DNA of 64,000 nt from Candidatus Tiddalikarchaeum anstoanum (GTDB lineage Archaea > Nanobdellota > Nanobdellia > Tiddalikarchaeales > Tiddalikarchaeaceae): assembly GCA_902385255.1 (NCBI GenBank), contig CABMEV010000010.1, positions 64,114-128,113 of the forward strand. Reading direction: 5' to 3'. The position numbers were made by a program, and so were the translations under genes. The notes beneath the pieces are model-generated. The model did no database searches and was not told where the DNA came from. It worked only from the letters and a program-made list of their open reading frames with translations. Of the stretch, positions 49,578 through 59,995 are shown in pieces (the first letter of the stretch is position 1; each line of letters starts with the position of its first letter).

Positions 49578-50205
49578 TCGCGACTATTAATGATTTATAG
49601 GAGAATATTTTTCCAGTTAAGCCGTTTACCCAATTAATTAACCGCTTATTGTTTAAGTAATAGAGAATCCTGCCTAAACCTCTTGGCGTTACCCACTCCC
49701 TTGATACTATATTTATGTCGAATCCATTGTCTTTCAGAATTTCTATGATTGCCCTTGGGTGAACAGGCTGCCTATGTGTATAATCGTTGAAGAACTCCCA
49801 TTTGCGTCTCCTTATATCCGGAAAAACCAGCATCATTTTTCCGCCTTTTTTTAAAACTCGCGACCACTCTTTTATTATTTCATAGCGGTTATCCAAGTGT
49901 TCTATCACGCAGTCCGAGCATACTGCATCGAAAACTCCGTCTTTAAACTGCAATTTTTTTGCATCCCCAAGTTTAACGTTCAAGCCTTTTTTAGCTGCGT
50001 ATTTAATGAAAGTTTCATTATTATCCAATCCGAACGCTTCAACTTTTTTCGGGAGAAATTCCAAGAATGCACCCCAGCCGCAGCCTATATCTAATACTCT
50101 TTTTGGTTCTCCTAAAATGTCATAATAGTGCAGGACCTGTATTTCCCGCATAAACTTGGAATACTTGTTGGCGTAAGGTTTAGGCAGAACGTGTTCATAA
50201 TACAT
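49567..50205 (-). CDS. Class I SAM-dependent methyltransferase
   Basis: 212 aa. VLDIGCGWGAFLEFL, FDAVCSDCVIEHL. Confidence 0.8.
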   Translation of the reverse strand: MYYEHVLPKPYANKYSKFMREIQVLHYYDILGEPKRVLDIGCGWGAFLEFLPKKVEAFGLDNNETFIKYAAKKGLNVKLGDAKKLQFKDGVFDAVCSDCVIEHLDNRYEIIKEWSRVLKKGGKMMLVFPDIRRRKWEFFNDYTHRQPVHPRAIIEILKDNGFDINIVSREWVTPRGLGRILYYLNNKRLINWVNGLTGKIFSYKSLIVATKV

Positions 50206-51691
50206 TTTTTATCTTCCTCCATAAAGTTTTTGCATAATTTAATATGATTCTTAATAAGAAGAATGGTAGTATTAAAAAACCCAGCACTTTTTTAATTAAA
50301 TGGCTTTTCAAAAACACTGCGTTTTTGAATTCTATAAAAAACAGCCTTAAATCATAGCCATTCTTTAACAGGAAGTGAAATGGCACGTACTCGTTGAGGA
50401 ATAAATATTTCAGGCTTTTCGAATCTTTTATGTCCATCAGGGTATATAACGCATAGCGCATGTAGAATCTCTTTGCGTATTCTTCCAATTTTGCTTCATC
50501 CAGGCTCGGATTTTGAAAACGAGGTACTGTTTGTCCTTGCTTGTTTTTATAATTTTCATCAGTCCACGAGAATTTTTTGAGCAGCCCTTTTTCTACGGCG
50601 ATATCATAAACCCTGCTTCCAGGAAATATATCAAGCGGGCAGAATGAAAGTGACTGCGGCCTTAGTTTCCATGCTATATTAAACGTATCATTTATCGTCT
50701 TCTCATTATCACCAGGGTGGCCAATGATGAAGAAAGTTGTATAGTCAAGACCTACTTTTTCAGTAATCCTTATTGCCTTAATCACCTTTTCAACAGTTAT
50801 CATTTTATTAATGGATTTTAATATCTCATTATTCCCGCTTTCCACGCCGTACTCTATCATCACGCACCCGGCTGACTTTAATTTTTTTAACAATTCTTCA
50901 TCGACTGTGTCAACCCTGCCTAAGCATTCCCATTCTAGGTCTAGTTTTCTTTTAATTATCTCATTGCATATTTCAATAGCCCAGCTTTTTCTTGCGGTGA
51001 AAGTGTCATCTTTTATGTGGATGCGTTTTTTACCGTACTTGTTGATTAAGTATTCTATCTCATCGACAACTTTTTTGGCGCTTCGCGTTCTTAATTTCCT
51101 ATTCCATAATTTCGGGGAAGCGCAGAATGTACAGTCAAACGGGCAGCCTCTTGATGCAAACACTCCGAAATATTTGTACTTCTCCATTGGCAATAAGTCC
51201 CAGCCATAAGGGAGAGCATCTATATCCTGTATGAACAGCCTCGGCTGGTTTTTCCTGATTTTTTTCCCATCTCTGAATATTATTCCCTCTATTTCACCCA
51301 GTTTTTTGCCGCGGCAAATATCAAGCATGGTGTCTTCACCTTCCCCGAATACCACTATGTCTATGAAAGGATAATCCTGCATTATTTCTTCGCCCATGAA
51401 TGTGGCATGTACTCCGCCATAAACTGTCTTATAACCTAATTTTTTTGCACGCTTAAGCATATCCAGCGCTTCGAACCTATTATACGTAATGCTGGTAACC
51501 CCTACTATTTGGGGTTTTATTTTTTTAATCTCATTTTCCACCCTATTATTATCCCAGTTTAATATTTCGGCGTCTATTATGCTTACATCAATCCCATGTT
51601 CCTTAAGGTATCCGCCAATCATGGTAATACCTATTGGAGGTTCAAAATTACTTCCGCCAAATGAGAGACAATTTATTAGCACAATTTTCAT
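50195..51691 (-). CDS. B12-binding radical SAM enzyme (class B)
   Basis: 498 aa. MKIVLINCLSFGG... and RGCPFDCTFCAS (CxxxCxxC). Confidence 0.9.
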   Translation of the reverse strand: MKIVLINCLSFGGSNFEPPIGITMIGGYLKEHGIDVSIIDAEILNWDNNRVENEIKKIKPQIVGVTSITYNRFEALDMLKRAKKLGYKTVYGGVHATFMGEEIMQDYPFIDIVVFGEGEDTMLDICRGKKLGEIEGIIFRDGKKIRKNQPRLFIQDIDALPYGWDLLPMEKYKYFGVFASRGCPFDCTFCASPKLWNRKLRTRSAKKVVDEIEYLINKYGKKRIHIKDDTFTARKSWAIEICNEIIKRKLDLEWECLGRVDTVDEELLKKLKSAGCVMIEYGVESGNNEILKSINKMITVEKVIKAIRITEKVGLDYTTFFIIGHPGDNEKTINDTFNIAWKLRPQSLSFCPLDIFPGSRVYDIAVEKGLLKKFSWTDENYKNKQGQTVPRFQNPSLDEAKLEEYAKRFYMRYALYTLMDIKDSKSLKYLFLNEYVPFHFLLKNGYDLRLFFIEFKNAVFLKSHLIKKVLGFLILPFFLLRIILNYAKTLWRKIKNVL

Positions 51692-53016
51692 TTCATAATC
51701 ACTTTTTCAATTCCCTTATCAATTATTCGTATTGTTTTAAATTCTTTTGCTGTTTTCCTGCTTCTTTGCCTAAACCATTCTGCGAGATGTGTCATATTAG
51801 TTATCCAAATATTTCTTTTCTTGATGAGATTAAGCGTGAACCTTAACCCTCTAAAATCTAATGAAGGATGGTATAACACGTTTATTATTTCATTATTTTT
51901 GACCGAGTATTTGATGCTGTCAATAATTTCTCTTTTATCATGACACTCGAATAATGAAACTGGAAGTTCATAAAACTTGAATAACTTAGTTTTGTATACA
52001 GGATTAAATAATATGGATATTCCAACCAAACTCTTACTTTTTTTAGGTCTAATCTTTTTTGAAATATTTTTGCCGTAATTTATCGAAACTTCTTGGTATA
52101 ATGATGAATCGAGCGCTATTTCTGCATCATCCAGATTTTCAAGCATCAATGGCAGGAATATGTAGCCGTTATGAACTCTGGAGATTATGACTTTCTTCCC
52201 AACATAACGTTCAAGCTCTCTTTTTTGTACCAATATATTTGTAAAATTTCCATAAGCGTTATCATATAATGAATCATTTACGAATCCTTTACTGTACTCC
52301 CAAACTGTGCTTCCAAAATGCAGGCCTACTTCATCATTTTCTTTCGACGGGATGTATCCGTACCTTCCTGTTCCAAGAGGAGGAAATCTGCCATTTTCTT
52401 CTTTTGAGGTTTTTGGTGTTCTTAAAAACAGGGTTGGATATACTCCATATTTATGGCATGTTTCTAAGACATTAGGTGCAAACTTGAACCTCGTTTCCAT
52501 ACCAGCGTACCATAATGGGTAGAACATAGCTTTTAACAAGAAATCAGGGAGTTTAAGCAGGAAATTTAAAAAAAAATTATTTTTCTTCTTAATGTTTGCG
52601 TATTGTTTCTCAAAATCGATATCAAAGCTGAGCACGAATGCGCTCTCATAATTTTTGGGATAATACCACTTTGTTGTAATGGATAAATCATACGCTTTTG
52701 TTATCTCTTTTAAAATTTTAATTAAAATCTTCGGCTCATCTATGTTTGTTTGCTTGAAACTGAAAGCGTCATAAAACTGCTCTATAATCCTCTCATTTAC
52801 GTATATTGTATTATTTTCAAAAACATAATTTTTATCTAACTTTTTTTGTGTTATGAGGATTTTTCCAGTTTTTATTTTATTGCTGGAGAATATTATATCA
52901 CCTTCTGTTCCAGTTTTGTAATCAAGTCCTTCCCATTCTAAGAGGTTCTTCATTACTGCAAAAAATTTGCTGTTATCTTTTTTTAATGTAATAATCATTT
53001 TATTTTTTCCTCGCAA
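51688..53016 (-). CDS. Hypothetical protein in the glycan-modification operon
   Basis: 442-aa ORF whose ends overlap both neighbours. I cannot assign a family confidently. A weak polysaccharide-deacetylase-like guess was not supported. Confidence 0.45.
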   Translation of the reverse strand: MRGKNKMIITLKKDNSKFFAVMKNLLEWEGLDYKTGTEGDIIFSSNKIKTGKILITQKKLDKNYVFENNTIYVNERIIEQFYDAFSFKQTNIDEPKILIKILKEITKAYDLSITTKWYYPKNYESAFVLSFDIDFEKQYANIKKKNNFFLNFLLKLPDFLLKAMFYPLWYAGMETRFKFAPNVLETCHKYGVYPTLFLRTPKTSKEENGRFPPLGTGRYGYIPSKENDEVGLHFGSTVWEYSKGFVNDSLYDNAYGNFTNILVQKRELERYVGKKVIISRVHNGYIFLPLMLENLDDAEIALDSSLYQEVSINYGKNISKKIRPKKSKSLVGISILFNPVYKTKLFKFYELPVSLFECHDKREIIDSIKYSVKNNEIINVLYHPSLDFRGLRFTLNLIKKRNIWITNMTHLAEWFRQRSRKTAKEFKTIRIIDKGIEKVIMK

Positions 53017-53713
53017 AAATGATAATCTGGTTGGAATTGTCTTTGAAGAGATTGCTCAGCGGGAACAGGAGGAATTTGCGTATAACTGCATATCTAGAAA
53101 GTACAGGAAGGTCAAATAATATGCCTGAATATTTTAAAATCTCAAATCCGGATGTTTCTATTAACTTCTTCAGTTCTTTTGAGCTGTACCTTTTTTCACT
53201 CCAGCTCTTTTTATTTTTAGAGTAGATTACATCCTCCTCTGTTTTTTTACTAATTAACTTGTATAATATTTTTTTAATATTATCCTTATTTCCCAGACTT
53301 AGAATCAAATGGCCGTTTTTCTTGATTACTCTGTGTAATTCGTGCATCATCAAATTTTTATCATGATAGTATAATGTCTCCATACATAGAACTACATCAA
53401 AAGATTCGTCTTTGAACGGCAGTTTTACTGCATTCCCGACGAATACTTTTTCAATACTATTTTTTGCCCTAATAGCTGCCTGAAAGGATACGTCAATACC
53501 TATTATGTTGTCATAGCCTAATTCTTTTGAAAAGAAGCCTTCTCCGCATCCAACGTCGAGAATCCTTAATTTCTTATTATCTAGCGAATTCAGATAACTT
53601 TTTGTCTTCTTTACTCGCTCATAAAATTTTTCAGCCCTTATCTTGTTAGTAAATATTTCCCACGCATCTTTTCCCTTCTTATAGTAGTCTTCGAAAAATT
53701 CATTCTCATTCAT
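53000..53713 (-). CDS. Class I SAM-dependent methyltransferase
   Basis: 237 aa. ILDVGCGEGFFSKEL, FDVVLCMETLYYH. Confidence 0.8.
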   Translation of the reverse strand: MNENEFFEDYYKKGKDAWEIFTNKIRAEKFYERVKKTKSYLNSLDNKKLRILDVGCGEGFFSKELGYDNIIGIDVSFQAAIRAKNSIEKVFVGNAVKLPFKDESFDVVLCMETLYYHDKNLMMHELHRVIKKNGHLILSLGNKDNIKKILYKLISKKTEEDVIYSKNKKSWSEKRYSSKELKKLIETSGFEILKYSGILFDLPVLSRYAVIRKFLLFPLSNLFKDNSNQIIIFARKK

Positions 53714-54821
53714 TTAATTCACCTTGTGTCAGGCAGTCAAATATCTGCGATGTGTATAATAATGATTCATCATTCCTGAAGTTAACATCAAATAACTCCC
53801 TTTTTATCCTCTCCTTTATTCTTTTAATTCGCGTCATCGTTTCATATGTTAATCCTATGCTGGCATCTCCAGTTAACTCATTAATGCATCCTTTTGCCAG
53901 GCCAATTAATGAAAATCTCTTTTCATATCTTGGGAATGCGCCTTTATTGTTCTGCATTTTTGAAAGGATATTGATGCAAGTTTTCAGCTCTTCTTTATAC
54001 CCTTGTTCTTTGAAGCAGTAAGCTCCAAAACCATAAGCGCCGCTGGTTTTGTGGGAAAACATTAAGTGGCTTTTCTCCCACATGAAACCATTGTCATTTA
54101 TCGAGTTAGACAGCCATTGTCCGCCTTTTTCAAGGCTGATATCTAGATACTTATTCTTGATTTTGGATAATAACAAGTAATACATCGTTGTTCCCTGGTA
54201 GTGTATGTCAGGCACGTTTAAATGATACTCATAAGGGTAGCTTTGCACAGGCGTCGAGTACGGGTAAGCCCCATTTTTGAACTGGTGTCTTGCTATATTG
54301 AATATGCACCTTTCGCTCGCGTCTAATAATTTCTTGTTTTTCAATTCTTTTCCAAGATAACTTATGAAGGAGAGTACCGTAGCGTTAACGTTTAAGACAT
54401 CAGCGTAATGCTTGTATGATTTTATGAAAAATCCAGGACTGAACTCTTTTGTAAGAACATAATCAGCGGCCTTCTTTGCACAAATCAGGAATTTTTTACT
54501 GCCAGACTGCCTAAATGCATCAACCATAACCCTGCCGCATATGCTAGTTACTACAGTGCTCTCCTCATTCAAGTCAGGATGTATCTCATTCCAGCTGCCA
54601 TTACCATTCTGCCTTTTTAAAACCCAATTCAGTGATTTGTAAGCTTGTTCTTTCTCTTCCATAAAGAGCAGGCTTTTTCCGATTTCTGCACCAACCCTGT
54701 TTCTTTTGATGTTTAATACTGGGTCCAGGAAAGAACCATCTTCTCCCTGCAGGTTTAAAATGTAATCTTTTATTTTTTTAGTAATCATATTTTTTTGCAT
54801 ACCTTTAGTAATTTTTTGCAC
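53706..54821 (-). CDS. Prenyltransferase/terpene-cyclase-like alpha/alpha-toroid repeat protein
   Basis: 371 aa with four Q-x-x-[DN]-G-[SGA]-[FWY] repeats: LQGEDGSF, RQNGNGSW, HQFKNGAY, MQNNKGAF. Confidence 0.5.
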   Translation of the reverse strand: MQKITKGMQKNMITKKIKDYILNLQGEDGSFLDPVLNIKRNRVGAEIGKSLLFMEEKEQAYKSLNWVLKRQNGNGSWNEIHPDLNEESTVVTSICGRVMVDAFRQSGSKKFLICAKKAADYVLTKEFSPGFFIKSYKHYADVLNVNATVLSFISYLGKELKNKKLLDASERCIFNIARHQFKNGAYPYSTPVQSYPYEYHLNVPDIHYQGTTMYYLLLSKIKNKYLDISLEKGGQWLSNSINDNGFMWEKSHLMFSHKTSGAYGFGAYCFKEQGYKEELKTCINILSKMQNNKGAFPRYEKRFSLIGLAKGCINELTGDASIGLTYETMTRIKRIKERIKRELFDVNFRNDESLLYTSQIFDCLTQGELNE

Positions 54822-55906
54822 TGCTTATCCCTGCTGAATTCTAATGCCGCCTTTCTGCAGTTATTTGAATAATAACTCTTATTTTTTAATAATTTAATTA
54901 TTGCAGCGTTTATCTTTTTAGGGTCTTCACTTGAAACAAAGACACCTAAGGAGTACTTCTTCATGAATTTATCCATATCCCCGTTTTTATACCCTATTGC
55001 GAGTATTGGTTTTTCCGCACCTAAGTACTCTAATAGTTTGGACGGGAGGGCGTAAGCCCATAATTTTTCAGGCTTTAATCCGACATATAATATTGCTGCA
55101 CTTTTAAGATAGCTAAATACATCCTCATGTTTCACTTCATCTTTTATTATAACATTTTTATTGCGCTGTCGTAATTCCTCTTTTCCAGGACCAGAGCCTA
55201 TAACCAAAAGATTTGCATTATCCGGCAATGCGTTTAATACACTTAAAACCCCTCTGGTTTTATATATAGTTCCCATGTAAAGGAGTGTATTATCTTTTAA
55301 ACCGATTGTTTTGGCTTTGGCAAACGACTGCAAGTCTGGTCCGTTAAACACAACTTCAAATTTTTCCTCATCAATACCATGAATCTGGATTAATTCTTCT
55401 TTAATAGCTGGATTTGTCACTATTATCTTTTCAGCTTTTTTATATATCATTTTTAGAAATGGTCTTGCGATTAGGGCGGTTAATGAGTCTTTTTTTATGT
55501 AGCCTTTGTGTGCGTCTATTTCAAAGTTAAAATTTCTAATCCAGATGTCCCTCACTTCAACTATTAATTTTTTTCCGGTAAATAAACTCAGCAGGTATCC
55601 TGCGAACAAGTCCACTATAGGGGGGCTAGTTGCAAATATGCAGTCTATTTTCTCCTCTTTAATTGTCTTATACCCTTTTGTTATCAGGGATAACAGGTAG
55701 CCCGCGCCTGGGAATATCAGTGTTGCTGCGCGGCCTTCAACGCCGAGAACCTTAATGTTTTTCCTGATTTTCGAAGTCTTATTTTTTTTGGAGAGTACGA
55801 AAAGTTTGAACTCTTTCGATAATTCTTCAGTCTGGTACTTTGCCCGGATGCTCCCGCCGTTTATTACAGGAGGATACTCCAATGTTATGTACAATATTTT
55901 TTTCAT
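54785..55906 (-). CDS. Family 4 glycosyltransferase
   Basis: 373 aa. MKKILYITLEYPPVINGGSIRAKYQ. Confidence 0.8.
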   Translation of the reverse strand: MKKILYITLEYPPVINGGSIRAKYQTEELSKEFKLFVLSKKNKTSKIRKNIKVLGVEGRAATLIFPGAGYLLSLITKGYKTIKEEKIDCIFATSPPIVDLFAGYLLSLFTGKKLIVEVRDIWIRNFNFEIDAHKGYIKKDSLTALIARPFLKMIYKKAEKIIVTNPAIKEELIQIHGIDEEKFEVVFNGPDLQSFAKAKTIGLKDNTLLYMGTIYKTRGVLSVLNALPDNANLLVIGSGPGKEELRQRNKNVIIKDEVKHEDVFSYLKSAAILYVGLKPEKLWAYALPSKLLEYLGAEKPILAIGYKNGDMDKFMKKYSLGVFVSSEDPKKINAAIIKLLKNKSYYSNNCRKAALEFSRDKQCKKLLKVCKKI

Positions 55907-57327
55907 GCAAATACTTTCCTTATCTTATTGAATATGTAATCTTTTTCATCCTTTGTTATAACTGAAATTATTATGCAAAATGAAGCTAGTATGACAAGTA
56001 TTGAGACTATTATTCTTAAATACAAGTCGAACTTATACGCTTCCCTAAGTATCAGGATTGCAACAGTATTTACGAATGTAAGCCAGATTATGTTCTTATT
56101 AATCTTAGTCTTGAACATTAATATGAGCATGACTGTCATACTCAGGTAATAAACTATCTGTGATATTCCTGCGCCGAATACCCCGAATCTGTCAATTAAA
56201 AATATCAGGGCCACTGCATCAATCACGAGTCCTAACAGGTATAATAAAGGCATTTTTTTGATATCCCCGCTTCCGAAGTAAAACTTGTTTAAAATCGAGT
56301 AAGTCAGCTGGAATAATCCGGCTATGAATAATGGGAATGCCAAAGTAACTGCATTTCTGAACTCGTCGCCAAAGATTATTATTATAGTTTCTGGGATTGT
56401 TGCAAAGAGTATTGATGCTGTAAAATATAATATTATGTCATACTTTAATGTCTTGTTTATGAAATATTCTTTTTTGTCCTCTTCAAGCTGTGATGAAGCG
56501 CTGAGCATAGTGTTTGCAAGGCTGACTGATACAATATTAAGTATGGATAAGAATGTGAATGCCGAATAGTAAAATCCTACATCTATTGTTGATAACAGCG
56601 ATCCGATTAGAATCTTGTCCAGGTTTTGCGAGATTATGCCCATTATTGTAATGACGAACGCGATTAAGCTGTAGTTTAGGATGTCTCTGCGGAGTTCTGT
56701 CTTGAATTTTTCAAGCAGGCTTATTTTGTTGATTAATGGTTTTAGGAAAATTATTAATACTAATATTGTTGAGACTACTGTTGCCAAAACTATTGATGTA
56801 ATATCCTGTTTGTAAATCACTGCGAGAACAATGATGATTGCCAGGTACAAAACTTGCTTAATATTGTCCATTAAAACCATTTTTACATAATCCCTTAATC
56901 CCCTGAAACTGAAATAAAATATTGTGTATATATTGCCGAAAATAATTATCAGCGATGCTATTTTCAATAAAGGTTCAATTGAAATGTCATTGTATATGGT
57001 GATTGCTAAAAACCTGCTGAACGTAAAATGCAATACTGCAGCTATGGTTGATGTAGCAAGCACTATGAAAATTATTATCTTATAATACGGCAAAAAATTT
57101 ATTTTGTCTTTTTGATAACTTGCTAGAAACTTGCTTAGCGTTGTTTCAAGTCCTAAGAGCGAGATTTCTGAGAATAACGTAACCGAAACGAGTGATAGTG
57201 TGATTTGACCAACACCCAAAGGTCCAAAAATCCTTGAAATAATCATTAAAGCTATGACAGTGACTACTTTTTGTGTTACTGAACCTACAGTCAGCACGGC
57301 GCTTTCCTTTAAATACTGCTTTATCAT
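55903..57327 (-). CDS. Wzx/RfbX-type oligosaccharide flippase (MOP superfamily; AglR-like)
   Basis: 474 aa, about 12-14 TM. The N-terminus MIKQYLKESAVLTVGSVTQKVVTVIALMIISRIFGPLGVGQ is typical of the polysaccharide-biosynthesis protein family. Confidence 0.75.
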   Translation of the reverse strand: MIKQYLKESAVLTVGSVTQKVVTVIALMIISRIFGPLGVGQITLSLVSVTLFSEISLLGLETTLSKFLASYQKDKINFLPYYKIIIFIVLATSTIAAVLHFTFSRFLAITIYNDISIEPLLKIASLIIIFGNIYTIFYFSFRGLRDYVKMVLMDNIKQVLYLAIIIVLAVIYKQDITSIVLATVVSTILVLIIFLKPLINKISLLEKFKTELRRDILNYSLIAFVITIMGIISQNLDKILIGSLLSTIDVGFYYSAFTFLSILNIVSVSLANTMLSASSQLEEDKKEYFINKTLKYDIILYFTASILFATIPETIIIIFGDEFRNAVTLAFPLFIAGLFQLTYSILNKFYFGSGDIKKMPLLYLLGLVIDAVALIFLIDRFGVFGAGISQIVYYLSMTVMLILMFKTKINKNIIWLTFVNTVAILILREAYKFDLYLRIIVSILVILASFCIIISVITKDEKDYIFNKIRKVFA

Positions 57328-57430
57328 TTAGAGAATTCTAATGCATTTATATTTAAAAATAGTATAGAAATGCCCATTTTAAGCTGATGAAAACCTTTTT
57401 AATCGAAAATTTTTATTTATAGGCATAAGT

Positions 57431-58378
57431 ATGACTATCTTGGTTACAGGTTCAGCAGGCTTTATCGGTTCTCATATAGTTCAGAAACTTTTAGAAAAAG
57501 GAGAGAAAATTATTGGCGTGGACAATTTTGACATGCTTTATGAGCCATCCTATAAGCTTCGCAACATTTCAGAATTCGTAGATAATAAGAATTTTATATT
57601 CAAGACTATTGATTTTAGGAATTTTAAGGATGTGGAATCCTTATTCAAAGAATATCCTATAACAAAAATAATACATCTTGGCGCAAGAGCAGGCGTTAGG
57701 CCTTCAATAGATGACCCTTTCATTTACCAGGATATTAATGTAAAAGGCACGCTTAATCTTTTAGAATTGGCCAGGCTTAATAAAATCCAAAATTTTATTT
57801 TCGCATCATCTTCAAGCGTTTATGGAAACTCCAAAAAAGTGCCTTTTAATGAAATGGATTCCGCAGACAGGCCAATCTCTCCTTATGCGGCAAGCAAAAG
57901 GGCTGCTGAACTATTATGTTTTAACTATAGCCACCTGTATAATATTCCCGTTTCATGTTTGCGCTTCTTCACTGTTTACGGCCCAAGGCAGAGGCCCGAG
58001 ATGGCTATAGCGAGTTTTACAAAAAAGATTGATGAAGGAAAAGAGATATCTCTGTACGGAGATGGAGATTCAAGCAGGGATTACACTTACATTGATGACA
58101 TAACAGACGGTATTCTGAAAGCATTAAATAAGAAATTCAGTTACGAAATAATAAATCTTGGAAATTCAAATCCTATAAAACTTAAATACTTGGTTTCACT
58201 TATTGAGAAAGAATTAGGCAAAAAAGCAGTTATTAAATTCCTGCCAAAACAAGCAGGGGATGTTGAAACAACATACGCTGATATCTCAAAAGCCCAAAAA
58301 TTATTGGAGTATAAACCTTCAATAACAATAGAAGAGGGAATTAAAAGGTACGTAGTGTGGTATAAGAAGAACAAATAA
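57431..58378 (+). CDS. NAD-dependent nucleotide-sugar epimerase/dehydratase (UDP-glucose/glucuronate 4-epimerase-like)
   Basis: 315 aa. MTILVTGSAGFIGSHIV, catalytic YAASKRAAE. Confidence 0.85.
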   Translation: MTILVTGSAGFIGSHIVQKLLEKGEKIIGVDNFDMLYEPSYKLRNISEFVDNKNFIFKTIDFRNFKDVESLFKEYPITKIIHLGARAGVRPSIDDPFIYQDINVKGTLNLLELARLNKIQNFIFASSSSVYGNSKKVPFNEMDSADRPISPYAASKRAAELLCFNYSHLYNIPVSCLRFFTVYGPRQRPEMAIASFTKKIDEGKEISLYGDGDSSRDYTYIDDITDGILKALNKKFSYEIINLGNSNPIKLKYLVSLIEKELGKKAVIKFLPKQAGDVETTYADISKAQKLLEYKPSITIEEGIKRYVVWYKKNK

Positions 58379-58382
58379 AAAA

Positions 58383-59213
58383 TTATAATACGTAGCCTAT
58401 TGCGAATATTAAATTTCTTATAATGCTAATAAACGATAATTTAATCTTATAACCCAGACTCAGATTATCATACCTTATTATATTTATAATAAATATAATC
58501 AGTAATAGCGGCGGGAAAACTACGGCGGTTAAGAATAATATAATTTTGGCTGCAGGGAGATTATTATTCTTTATGTAAAATTTATGCATGTTTTTCGAGA
58601 ATTTCCATGTTCTTTTAACTAATTTTGTCATACTGTCAGGTTCGCCTAAATGATACTGGACTGCTTTTTTTTCAAAAAATATTTCGTATCCTAATTTTCT
58701 TATTCTTATACCTAAATCAATATCCTCCCCATATTCGAGCGTTTCGTCAAAGCCGCCTGCTTCTCTTAATACTTTTTTTCTTAAAATCCACGCGTTTTTC
58801 GGGCTGAAATTATTATTTTGGCGCAATTCAAATTCTTCCTGCAGTGTTTTCGCAACCCAAGTTTTAGGTTGGTACAATTCCCTTTTATCGAGCATGCAGG
58901 ATATTTTAGCGTCCGTCATCCTCATCTTGACTATTTTAATATAATTATCATAATAAATTGAGTCTGATTCTATGAAGATTATAACGTCATTTTTTGCATT
59001 TTTCCATCCCGTATTTCTTGCAGCCGAACGATTGCATCTTTTTTTAATTATTTTAGCGCCGTATCTTTTTGCAATGTCTAAAGTTTTATCTGTTGAATAA
59101 GAATCAACTATTATTAACTCGTCATTTTTTTCTAATTGTTTGTTTAATGAATATAAGCAGGCGTCAAGTGTTTTTTCCGTATTTATTGTTGGAATTACTA
59201 AACTAATATTCAT
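58383..59213 (-). CDS. Family 2 glycosyltransferase with a C-terminal TM anchor
   Basis: 276 aa. MNISLVIPTINTEKTLDACLYSL...IIFIESDS, hydrophobic C-terminal tail. Confidence 0.8.
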   Translation of the reverse strand: MNISLVIPTINTEKTLDACLYSLNKQLEKNDELIIVDSYSTDKTLDIAKRYGAKIIKKRCNRSAARNTGWKNAKNDVIIFIESDSIYYDNYIKIVKMRMTDAKISCMLDKRELYQPKTWVAKTLQEEFELRQNNNFSPKNAWILRKKVLREAGGFDETLEYGEDIDLGIRIRKLGYEIFFEKKAVQYHLGEPDSMTKLVKRTWKFSKNMHKFYIKNNNLPAAKIILFLTAVVFPPLLLIIFIINIIRYDNLSLGYKIKLSFISIIRNLIFAIGYVL

Positions 59214-59240
59214 ATAGTTATTAGATTGATTGGGTGATTT

Positions 59241-59993
59241 TTATTTCTTTTTAAAATAGTCCCATGCTTCTTCTACGCTGTCCCAGTTTCCCATATCCAA
59301 GTACATCGCATTTGTTGATACTACTTTTATCTTTTCGCCGTTCTTCAGCGCTGTCTTGAATACGTCAGGGACTTGGTATTCTCCTTTTAATCCAGGGGGA
59401 GTCTTCTCGATGTAGTCAAACACTTTCTTGTTGAATATGTAAATGCCAAGATTAACCAAGTATTTCCCGTTTACTTTGAATGGTTTTGCCTGTTCAAGTG
59501 TCGGCTTCTCAATTGTGTCAACTAATTCTCCTTTGTCATTGACTCTTAGTATTCCGTAAAGTGTCGGGTTATCAACTTCTCTGGCTAAGATAGTGGCAAA
59601 AGGCTTCTCCTTCTTGTGAACAAGGACTGCTTTTTTCATCTCATCTTCTGGATTAATAAAAGCATCACCAACGTGAACAATGAAATCCTCATCTATCCAT
59701 CCTTTTCCCTGCAGAATCGCGTGAGCAAGACCTTTTCTCTCTTCCTGAAATAAGTAGCCAATCTTCAATTTTCCGCTGTTAAACATTGTTCCATCACCTA
59801 AGTGGTCTATGATTGCACCCTTATGGCTTCCTACTATTACAAATATCTTATCAACGCCTGCGTAATTGTGCAATGTTTCAACAACGTGGTCAATGACGGC
59901 TTTTCTCTGGACGGGGAATAATTCTTTTGGGTTTGCTTTTGTGAATGGGTACATCCTTGTGCCGCTTCCTGCTGCTGGTATTAATCCAATCAT
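59241..59993 (-). CDS. Sugar-1-phosphate nucleotidyltransferase (short form, glucose-1-P thymidylyl/uridylyltransferase-like)
   Basis: 250 aa. MIGLIPAAGSGTRMYPFTKANPKELFPV. Confidence 0.85.
   Translation of the reverse strand: MIGLIPAAGSGTRMYPFTKANPKELFPVQRKAVIDHVVETLHNYAGVDKIFVIVGSHKGAIIDHLGDGTMFNSGKLKIGYLFQEERKGLAHAILQGKGWIDEDFIVHVGDAFINPEDEMKKAVLVHKKEKPFATILAREVDNPTLYGILRVNDKGELVDTIEKPTLEQAKPFKVNGKYLVNLGIYIFNKKVFDYIEKTPPGLKGEYQVPDVFKTALKNGEKIKVVSTNAMYLDMGNWDSVEEAWDYFKKK
59918..59990. repeat. ~70-bp near-identical direct repeat, copy 1 (5' end of nucleotidyltransferase gene)
   Basis: ggggaataattcttttgggtttgcttttgtgaatgggtacatccttgtgccgcttcctgctgctggtatta. Confidence 0.75.
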
Positions 59994-59995
59994 AT

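Noticed and set aside
51688-53016. Assignment of the 442-aa protein as a polysaccharide deacetylase
   Set aside because: Only a vague resemblance (SFDIDFE vs TFDDG). The His motifs are not convincing. Left as hypothetical.
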